Positions 18,032 through 25,895 of a stretch of DNA of 32,000 bases are shown piece after piece. The notes under the pieces were generated by a model. That model saw only the letters and a list, made by a program, of their open reading frames with translations, did not search any database and was not told the DNA's origin. Origin of the DNA: Nostoc punctiforme PCC 73102. GTDB taxonomy: Bacteria; Cyanobacteriota; Cyanobacteriia; Cyanobacteriales; Nostocaceae. Where the stretch lies: NCBI RefSeq assembly GCF_000020025.1, contig NC_010628.1, positions 4,260,001-4,292,000 on the forward strand, given 5' to 3'. Numbering within the stretch: the stretch's first letter is position 1; every line of letters begins with the position of its first letter. The position numbers were made by a program, and so were the translations under genes.

Positions 18032-19595
18032 GATTTGTATTTCCTGATGTTGATTGTCTACTATTAGCTCTGCGCTTAACGTTCATTAATTTCTGCTGGA
18101 TAGTATTTTGATAAACTTGTTCTTTAGCTAGATGCTGTTGCTTGTCTACTTGATTGAGAACTGCTTTTAACTCGCTCAATTTAGCTTCTGGGTGTGTCGC
18201 AACCTCGGCTAGAAGTGTTGCAAAATTTTTCGATAACCGCACAATACTGTCCCGTTCAAATAAGTCAGTGCTATATTCCCAGATACCAAATAGTCCTTGC
18301 TCTGTCTCGTTTAACTCCAACAGCAAGTCAAACTGCACTGTCTTGTTTTCGATTTTCAATGAACTGATAGTTAAACCTGGAAGTTCTAAAGATGGAGTTT
18401 GGGTATTTTCCAAAACAAGTTTGACTTGAAATAGCGGTGTGCGGTTCAATTCCCGTTTTGGATTTAAAGCATCTACCAGTTTGTCGAAGGGCAAATCTTG
18501 GTGAGCATAAGCTTCTAGAGTCATTTCGCGGACTCGTTCTAATAATTCTAGAAAAGTAGGATTTTTAGATAAATTTGTACGTAATACTAACTGATTAGCA
18601 AAGAAGCCGATCAATGCTTTAGTCTCTGCTTGATTGCGATTAGCAATATCGGTACCAACAACAATATCTTCTCGATCGGTGTACCAGTTTAGCAAAGCCC
18701 CAAATGCTGCCAGCAGTACCATAAATAATGTGATGCCTTGCCTCTGATTCAGAGTCTTGAGCCGATCGCATAAGGTTTTGGGTAATACTAGGGCTTCCCT
18801 TGCTCCAGAGAAAGTCTGGGTAGTTGATCGGGGGAAATCGCTAGGGAGTTCCACAACAGGTATACTGCCTAGTTGCTGCTGCCAGTAAGCAAGTTGAGTT
18901 TCTAATTGCCCCTGTAACCACTGTTGTTGCCAAACTGCAAAATCTACATACTGAATGGATAGTTCCGAAAGCGGTGATGGTTTACCAACAGAGAAAGCTT
19001 TGTACAAATCTGCAATCTCACGAATCAGCACACCTATAGCCCAGCCATCTGCGATAATGTGATGCATCGTCAATAATAATGCATATTCTGCCGCCGCCAG
19101 CTGCAATAGAGTAGCTCGCAACAAAGGGCCTTGGGCTAGGTCAAATGGCTGTTGGGCTTCTTCACTCGCCAATCGCAAAACTTCAGCCTCTCTCTGATTT
19201 TGAGGGAGTTTTTGTAAATCTACCACTGGTAATGTGAAGCTCAAACTCGAAGCAATAACTTGAAGGGGTTGTCCATCAACCACTGTGAATGTAGTTCTTA
19301 AAACTTCGTGACGTTTCACAACCTCTTTGAAGCTTTGCTCCAGCGCCGCCACATTTAGCCATCCTCCAAGACGCATGGGTACAGAGATGTTGTAGGCGCT
19401 ATTCCCAGGTTGTAACTGGTCGATGAACCACAACCTCTGCTGGGCAGAGGATAGAGGAAATGAGTTTAATTCTCGACTCTGAGGAACTATTGGCGATCGC
19501 AATAAGATTTCCCCTTGTTTATTATTAAGCCGTTGTACCAGAAGTTTTAGTTTTTCTGGTGAAAGTTCAGCAATCCGTTGCGAGAGGTCACTCAT
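18018..19595 (-). CDS. stand-alone NRPS condensation domain protein
   Basis: 525 aa. N-terminal LSPEKLKLLVQRL docking-like helix, C1 LSSAQQRLWFIDQL, intact C3 MHHIIADGWAIG (nt 19044-19064). No A domain or carrier domain follows. Confidence 0.9.
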   Translation of the reverse strand: MSDLSQRIAELSPEKLKLLVQRLNNKQGEILLRSPIVPQSRELNSFPLSSAQQRLWFIDQLQPGNSAYNISVPMRLGGWLNVAALEQSFKEVVKRHEVLRTTFTVVDGQPLQVIASSLSFTLPVVDLQKLPQNQREAEVLRLASEEAQQPFDLAQGPLLRATLLQLAAAEYALLLTMHHIIADGWAIGVLIREIADLYKAFSVGKPSPLSELSIQYVDFAVWQQQWLQGQLETQLAYWQQQLGSIPVVELPSDFPRSTTQTFSGAREALVLPKTLCDRLKTLNQRQGITLFMVLLAAFGALLNWYTDREDIVVGTDIANRNQAETKALIGFFANQLVLRTNLSKNPTFLELLERVREMTLEAYAHQDLPFDKLVDALNPKRELNRTPLFQVKLVLENTQTPSLELPGLTISSLKIENKTVQFDLLLELNETEQGLFGIWEYSTDLFERDSIVRLSKNFATLLAEVATHPEAKLSELKAVLNQVDKQQHLAKEQVYQNTIQQKLMNVKRRANSRQSTSGNTNHDKN

Positions 19596-19949
19596 TTTAA
19601 TTCCCTGCCTCTACCTTTGATGAGATACAAGACGGTCTTCTGACAAGCTTATCATTCTATCAGGAAATTTTCTCAACAAAATTATATCTAAAAAGTCCAT
19701 TTCAACGTCTATCCGTTTAGGTTTGTAAAAAATCGATAGCAGAGTTAAGTAAGTCGGTGAGAATAATTCAAATTATGTTAACTAATGTAAAAAATCTTGA
19801 AATTAGTTTCTGGTGGGCGGTTCCCGCCCTGTTTCTGAGATCCTACATGAACAAACTAGGGCTTTAGCCCTCACCACTAACCTTTAATTATTTACGCAGT
19901 TATACATATTTAACAAGTATTTATTAATTCAGAGAAACCAAAACACTAC

Positions 19950-22900
19950 TTAATTTTGCGAAGTAATTATTGCATATACCTCATTTTCTGATAGTTGTTC
20001 AATATCTGCTAGGGCTTTAGCTAATTCCTCTGAGTTTGTTTGCTCGGCCATTTTTTGGACAATAACTTCAGCCAAATCAGCTACAGTCGGGCCGTTAAAG
20101 AAGCCTTTGTAAGAAAGTTCTATTTGGAAAACTTTGCACAGTTGAGAAACTAATTGAGTAGCAAATAAAGAGTCTCCTCCTAACTCAAAGAAGTTGTCAT
20201 GAATGCCTACTTTTTCAATACCTAAAATTTGTTGCCAAATGTCGGCAAGGTTTCGCTCGATTTCGTTATTAGGAGCAACATAAGTATTCGCCAAATTAGG
20301 GCGGGGGTGAGTTGATTTATATTGGCTCAACTGGGCTAATTTTTCCTCCAAGGACTCAACAGATTCCTTTGGCTTAATCAAGCTGAGAAAATCTTGTGTT
20401 GAGATAATAACTTGAGGAACTGTACTACTGCACAAAATACGTTTAAATGCCTCTATACCCTCAAAAGCGGTCATTCCTGCTATCAACTCTTTTCCTGTGA
20501 TTTGCTGATGCCGTGCTTCGACAGGAACCGCCATTCCTACGTTGTTCCATCTATCCCAGTTAATAGACTTAATGAATTTCCATGTTCCATATTTAGCAGC
20601 ACTGTATTGAGCAAATGAGTCAAGGAAGGCATTTGCAGCAGTATAATCTACCATTCCAGATGTGCCAGCAAAGGAACTTAGGGATGAACACAGTACAAAG
20701 AAATCTAGCTTGCTTTCTTGGAATAAAGTTTCAAGTACTCGTGTTCCTTGTACTTTTGGTGCTATGGCACTTGCTACAGTTTCTTTTGTGGCGAGTTGCA
20801 TCATTCCTCCGCCGTAAACTGCGGCTGCATGAATTACTCCATGAATCTCACCAAATCGCTGATTGGCTTTTTTAAGCACTGCTGACATCTGTTCAAGGTT
20901 GGTAACATCTGTGCTGACTACCATTACCTCTGCACCTAATGTTTTCATCGCCTGCAATTTTTGGATCTTTTGGCTGATGCTGTCGTGCCGATCGTGAGTA
21001 GATAACCACTCAGACCACTTATCTTGGTCAGGAAAGGCTGAACGACCTAGTAAGATCAGTTTTGCTTGTACGGTTTGGGCTAGATATTCTGCCAGCAGTA
21101 GACCAACACCTCCTAATCCGCCAGTGATTAAATATACACCTTGTTCTCGGAGGAGATTTCCCGCAACGGTTCCATGTAATTGAACAGGTTCAAAATCTTG
21201 TACCCAGCGATTACGTCCACGATAAGCAATAACTTGGTCAGATGTATAGGTTGTAAGTTCTGCTATTAGCGCTTTGATGAGTTGTTCTTCTCCACTTTCT
21301 GATTCAGGAATTACAACATCAATACTGCGACAGTTTATATTTGCATACTCTAATGGCATAACCTTGCAAGCTCCAAGAACTAATGCCTTTTCTGGACACA
21401 GCATTTCTGAACCTGTAACTTCCTGCAAATTGTTGGAGACAATGGCAATTTCTACAGCATCTGTTTGATTATTTTCTGCGTAGACGCGCAGCGCCTTGTC
21501 GTCAGACATCGCCTGTCCCAAAAACAATAAGCTCGACCAGCCTAAAGCTTCAATTGCTGAGTTGGTGTAACTATTTGATGTCACACTCCACAGATGAACA
21601 ATCCTTCTTGGGATTTTACCCAAAGTCCGAAGTCCTTTGAGTAAGGTGTTGTAGTCATCCTCTTTTTCAGGGTTAATCGTATATGTGTATTGAGAATATT
21701 CGCTACTCTGTTGAAATTGCTCTCCAACTTTAACGGTAATAACATCTTGGTTCTCAAGCACTAGTTGTTTTACCAACCTTTCACCCAAGCCAAACTCATC
21801 CACAAACACTAACCAGCATCCTGGTTGAGTTATCCCAAATCCGGGTTGAAAAGGCTGTGGCGGCATGGTGCGTTTCCAAGAAGGGATGTAAAACCAGTCA
21901 GCAATATCTGGCTTTTTACTTAATAAGTCTTGGTATTGCTCTTTAGGGGCTTTTTGCTTTGTGACTGTAAATGCTGTAGGTGCTGAGTCAGTTACCGATA
22001 CAGCAGTCTGAGCCACTAAAATTTGTTCGCCGAAAGCTTCAGTTTCAGAGACAGCTGCTACCTCAACAAACCCATGAGAACGTAGTGCATCCTGCCATTG
22101 CTCCTGTGACAAAAATGGATTACCACGGTTGCGTCCTTCATCCTCTAAGGGATTCATCAACAGACCATCAGTGATATCAAAGTTTAATTGTGGTTGAGTT
22201 ATCTCCCACAATAGCAGGAATCCTCCAGGAGCCAATAGCGATCGCACATGCTCTAGGGTTTTTGTTATGTTCTGGGTTACGTGCAACACATTAACAGCTA
22301 CCACCACATCAAAGCTGTGGCTGTTGAACCCTTGTGCAGTTGGCGGTTTTTCGATATCTAAAAAATGATATTCAACAAATGGATAAGCGCTAAACTGCTG
22401 TTTAGCTTGATTCAAAAACAAACCACCGACATCTGTAAAAGTGTAGTTAGTTCGTTCCGATGGCAACACAGGTAGCAATTCTGCCGTGGCAATACCCTGT
22501 CCACCACCAATTTCTAGAATTCTCAGGTTAACGTCAGATGGTAATGACTTTACCACCTGTTCCATACCTGTTCGTATAATCCCTTGTAAATGGGTATTCA
22601 GAGGCAATTCTGAATTTGCTTCTGGTTTTGGTTTGTGGTCTTTGACCGCAAAGAACAACTCTAAGGGTTCTTTTTCACCAATGAGTACATTTGGTAGATT
22701 CTCGCCACATTCCCGGACTATATTTAGCTCATGAAGTGTATCTACGTATCTGATTTTGACTTCTTCTACCAGAGTATTAATAGAGTCGATGGAACAGGGA
22801 ACAAGATTTGTAAATAAATCCTTTTCTTGTTTTAAGTGGCCTTGCTCTACTAGTACATCTAAAAAGCGATACAACAATTGTCGATAGCGAGGAATAATCT

Positions 22901-25829
22901 GAAATTGCTCACACAACTCTTTAGAAGAATACTGTTCATTAGAGTTGTTAAAAGCACCTAAACGCTGGAGAGCAAGGTTTATGTAAGCAGTACACAAACG
23001 ATCCAAATACTGTTTGTTCAGCAAATAAGTTGGCGCGTCTAGTGTAGCGATGCTAGCACGAGCCTTTACTCTACAAACTTCTACAAGAGATTTACCTAAC
23101 TCAGTTGCGGTTGCTTTTGGTTGAGATTGTCCTCCTAGATGTGGCTGTTTTTGTAGTTCAATCCAATAACGTTGGCGTTCAAATGGATAAGTCGGCAAAG
23201 GAATATGATGGCGTTGCTCGTTAGCATAAAAACCAGACCAGTCTACTTTGACACCAAAAAGCCAGAGTTGCCCCAAAGAGTTGAGTAAAAATGCGACATC
23301 TGACTGTTGCTCCTGTGGATGCCGGATTGAGGTTAATACCACCAGTTTTTCCTGGTGATGTTGCTTGGCAAAGGTACTTAAAGTCCTTCCAGGCCCAACC
23401 TCTAAAAAGATGCGCTCCTGTATTTTGAACAACTCAGTCATCCCTTCACTAAAGCGCACTGTCTGCCGTAAGTGCTTTACCCAATAGTTGGGGTCTGTTG
23501 CTTGGGCTACAGTAATCCAAGTGCCACTGACGTTAGACACAAACTCAATTGTTGGGGGATGAAGTTGGAGTTTTTGTAACTGCTGTGTAAATGGCTGGAG
23601 AATTGGCTCCATCATCTGAGAATGAAAGGCATGAGAAGTGTGCAACTTTCGACAAGCTACACCTTTGGCCTCTAGTTGTTGTTGCAATCTATTAATTGCT
23701 TCAGTTGCACCAGAAACCACGCAGTAAGAAGGCCCATTGCTTGCGGCTAAAGATAGTTGGCTATCTAGCAGAGGTTGTACTTCTTGTTCGGGAAGTTGGA
23801 CAGAGAGCATTTCACCAGTAGGAAGTTGCTGTATCAGTCGTCCTCGAATGGCAACTAGCATTAGGGCATCTTCCAGAGAGAAAACTCCTGCTAAAGTGGC
23901 AGCTACATACTCGCCGATACTGTGACCAATCATTGCCTCTGGCTGTACACCCCATGCCATCCACAATTGAGCTAGGGCGTATTCAATGACAAATAGTGCT
24001 GGCTGGGCAACAGATGTTTGTTGGAGTTCCAGCGTTGCTTTTGCGTTCTGTGCCTCGTCTGGATACAATACATGGCGTAGATCAAAACCTAGATGTGGTT
24101 GCAGCAGTTCACAGCAACTATCAACTGTAAGTGTAAAAATTGGCTCACTCCCGTAGAGTTCTCTAGCCATATTCACGTACTGTGTTCCTTGCCCGGAAAA
24201 CATAAACACCACAGGACGATGGCAAGGTTGCTGGTAGTGGGTGAAAACTCTTTGTGAATCTGAAGTAGACAGCACCTTTACCGCATCGTTCATATCTTGG
24301 CATACTACTATCCGGCGATGGTCGAAAGCTCGACGACCGATACCAAGGGTATGAGCCACATCAGCTAAGTTGAGATTGGGATGCTGTTTAAGGTGATTAG
24401 CCAGGTTCGCCGTAGCTGTTTCTAATGCAGATTCTGTTTTCGCTGAAAGAACCAACAGATGATATTTTCTCCCCTGCTCCCCTGCTCCCCTGCTCCCCTG
24501 CTCCTTTGCAGGCGCTTCTTCCAAAATCACATGGGCATTAGTCCCACCAATTCCAAAAGAACTAACTCCGGCACGGCGAGGAATGCCGTTTGTTGTCCAT
24601 TCGGTAAGCGTGGTATTAACGTAAAAAGGACTATTGGCAAAATCAATTTGCGGATTAGGTTGCTGAAAGTGCAGACTAGGTGGTATTTGTTGATGTTTCA
24701 GGGCTAGGACGGTTTTGATCAGACCTGTTACCCCAGCAGCAGCGTCTAAATGTCCAATGTTGGTTTTCACCGAACCAATGGCGCAAAAGCCTTTTTTCTC
24801 AGTGGTAGCTCGAAAAGCTTGTGTTAACGCCGCGATTTCAATGGGATCTCCTAGTGATGTTCCTGTACCATGAGCTTCAATGTAGGTAATCGTTTCAGGT
24901 TCAACCTCGGCAACAACTTGAGCAGTTCTAATCACCTTGGCTTGACCATCTATACGCGGTGCTGTGTAACTAACTTTGAAAGATCCATCGTTATTGACAG
25001 CCGAACCTTTAATGATGGCATGGATGGTATCTCCATCTGCTAGAGCATCGTCTAATCTCTTCAAAACCACAATGCCTACACCTTCACCACCAACAGTTCC
25101 CTGTGCTTGAGCATCAAAGGCGCGGCAATGTCCGTCGGGAGAACCAATTCCCCCTTCTTTGTAAAGATAGCCAGTTTTTCCAGAAGAATTTATGGAAACG
25201 CCACCTGCCAAAGCCATATCACATTCTCCATTGAGTAAGCTTTGAGCAGCTAAATGCACAGCCACCAATGAAGTTGAGCAGGCGGTTTGAACAGTGTAAC
25301 TTGGCCCCTCTAAATTAAGTTTGTAAGAAACGCGGGTAGTTAAATAGTCTTTGTCACCTGCGATCGCTAGTTGGTGATAATCTATAGATTTAATAATATC
25401 TTCGTTTAAATAAACATTGAGTAAGTAGCCACTGAAGCTAGCTCCGGCGTAAACTCCAATAGAACCTTGATAATTTTCTGAGTCATAGCCAGCATCTTCA
25501 AGGGCAATATATGCACATTCTAAAAATAGACGATGTTGTGGATCGGTAATGTCCGCTTCTCTAGGATTGAAGCCAAAGAATGAAGCATCAAAAAGTTCTA
25601 CATCTTCTAATACAGCTCGTGCTTTGACAAACTTTGGGTTCTTGAGTGTTGCTGCATCTATCCCAGAAGCTAATAGTTCTTCATCAGTAAAAACAGATAT
25701 TGACTCTACACCTCTTTGGAGATTTTGCCAAAACTCATCAGTATTTTTGGCTCCAGGAAATTTTCCTGCTATACCAATAATCGCTATTTCTGAACCTGTT
25801 TTAGGAGTAGATGCTATTGAATCATTCAT
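19950..25829 (-). CDS. type I PKS, KS-AT-cMT-KR-ACP
   Basis: 1959 aa. KS nt ~24513-25793 (TACSTSL, EAHGTGT, KTNIGHL). AT nt ~23316-24209 (GHSIGE, HAFH). C-methyltransferase nt ~22020-22712 (LRILEIGGGQGIATAELL). KR nt ~20460-21917 (TGGLGGVG, YTAAN). ACP nt ~20055-20282 (ELGGDS, Ser1887). No DH motif. Confidence 0.95.
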   Translation of the reverse strand: MNDSIASTPKTGSEIAIIGIAGKFPGAKNTDEFWQNLQRGVESISVFTDEELLASGIDAATLKNPKFVKARAVLEDVELFDASFFGFNPREADITDPQHRLFLECAYIALEDAGYDSENYQGSIGVYAGASFSGYLLNVYLNEDIIKSIDYHQLAIAGDKDYLTTRVSYKLNLEGPSYTVQTACSTSLVAVHLAAQSLLNGECDMALAGGVSINSSGKTGYLYKEGGIGSPDGHCRAFDAQAQGTVGGEGVGIVVLKRLDDALADGDTIHAIIKGSAVNNDGSFKVSYTAPRIDGQAKVIRTAQVVAEVEPETITYIEAHGTGTSLGDPIEIAALTQAFRATTEKKGFCAIGSVKTNIGHLDAAAGVTGLIKTVLALKHQQIPPSLHFQQPNPQIDFANSPFYVNTTLTEWTTNGIPRRAGVSSFGIGGTNAHVILEEAPAKEQGSRGAGEQGRKYHLLVLSAKTESALETATANLANHLKQHPNLNLADVAHTLGIGRRAFDHRRIVVCQDMNDAVKVLSTSDSQRVFTHYQQPCHRPVVFMFSGQGTQYVNMARELYGSEPIFTLTVDSCCELLQPHLGFDLRHVLYPDEAQNAKATLELQQTSVAQPALFVIEYALAQLWMAWGVQPEAMIGHSIGEYVAATLAGVFSLEDALMLVAIRGRLIQQLPTGEMLSVQLPEQEVQPLLDSQLSLAASNGPSYCVVSGATEAINRLQQQLEAKGVACRKLHTSHAFHSQMMEPILQPFTQQLQKLQLHPPTIEFVSNVSGTWITVAQATDPNYWVKHLRQTVRFSEGMTELFKIQERIFLEVGPGRTLSTFAKQHHQEKLVVLTSIRHPQEQQSDVAFLLNSLGQLWLFGVKVDWSGFYANEQRHHIPLPTYPFERQRYWIELQKQPHLGGQSQPKATATELGKSLVEVCRVKARASIATLDAPTYLLNKQYLDRLCTAYINLALQRLGAFNNSNEQYSSKELCEQFQIIPRYRQLLYRFLDVLVEQGHLKQEKDLFTNLVPCSIDSINTLVEEVKIRYVDTLHELNIVRECGENLPNVLIGEKEPLELFFAVKDHKPKPEANSELPLNTHLQGIIRTGMEQVVKSLPSDVNLRILEIGGGQGIATAELLPVLPSERTNYTFTDVGGLFLNQAKQQFSAYPFVEYHFLDIEKPPTAQGFNSHSFDVVVAVNVLHVTQNITKTLEHVRSLLAPGGFLLLWEITQPQLNFDITDGLLMNPLEDEGRNRGNPFLSQEQWQDALRSHGFVEVAAVSETEAFGEQILVAQTAVSVTDSAPTAFTVTKQKAPKEQYQDLLSKKPDIADWFYIPSWKRTMPPQPFQPGFGITQPGCWLVFVDEFGLGERLVKQLVLENQDVITVKVGEQFQQSSEYSQYTYTINPEKEDDYNTLLKGLRTLGKIPRRIVHLWSVTSNSYTNSAIEALGWSSLLFLGQAMSDDKALRVYAENNQTDAVEIAIVSNNLQEVTGSEMLCPEKALVLGACKVMPLEYANINCRSIDVVIPESESGEEQLIKALIAELTTYTSDQVIAYRGRNRWVQDFEPVQLHGTVAGNLLREQGVYLITGGLGGVGLLLAEYLAQTVQAKLILLGRSAFPDQDKWSEWLSTHDRHDSISQKIQKLQAMKTLGAEVMVVSTDVTNLEQMSAVLKKANQRFGEIHGVIHAAAVYGGGMMQLATKETVASAIAPKVQGTRVLETLFQESKLDFFVLCSSLSSFAGTSGMVDYTAANAFLDSFAQYSAAKYGTWKFIKSINWDRWNNVGMAVPVEARHQQITGKELIAGMTAFEGIEAFKRILCSSTVPQVIISTQDFLSLIKPKESVESLEEKLAQLSQYKSTHPRPNLANTYVAPNNEIERNLADIWQQILGIEKVGIHDNFFELGGDSLFATQLVSQLCKVFQIELSYKGFFNGPTVADLAEVIVQKMAEQTNSEELAKALADIEQLSENEVYAIITSQN
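21477..21503 (-). repeat. 27-nt in-frame copy of the repeat core inside the KS-AT-cMT-KR-ACP coding sequence
   Basis: The sense strand gacgacaaggcgctgcgcgtctacgca encodes DDKALRVYA. Its core caaggcgctgcgcgtctacg matches intergenic 31290-31309 (caaggcgctctgcgtctacg) in 18 of 20 positions. The paralogous KR region at ~5380-5410 lacks these 9 codons. Confidence 0.7.
22020..22712 (-). other. C-methyltransferase domain
   Basis: SAM motif LEIGGGQGIATAELL, followed by FTDVGG and FDVVVAVNVLH. It lies between AT and KR. Confidence 0.8.
24469..24504. repeat. tandem octanucleotide repeat (cccctgct, about 4.5 units) inside a coding sequence
   Basis: ct-cccctgct-cccctgct-cccctgct-cccctgct-cc on the plus strand. 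It is translated as EQGSRGAGEQGR in the KS-AT linker. A decayed version occupies the same linker position of the paralog at 12153-12185. Confidence 0.9.
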
Positions 25830-25895
25830 GATTCTTTAAATCCTTTAGTATTTGCGAATAAACTTAAGCTAGTATTTGCTGGAGTTTATGAAGGA

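Noticed and set aside
19815-19871. The two GC hairpins in the 354-nt gap, as rho-independent terminators
   Set aside because: Neither is followed by a U run on the transcribed strand. They are kept only as an observation, not as a feature.
24469-24504. The tandem repeat as a CRISPR array or a classic heptameric STRR
   Set aside because: The unit is 8 nt with no spacers, it lies inside an intact ORF and it is translated. It does not match the STRR heptamers I recall.
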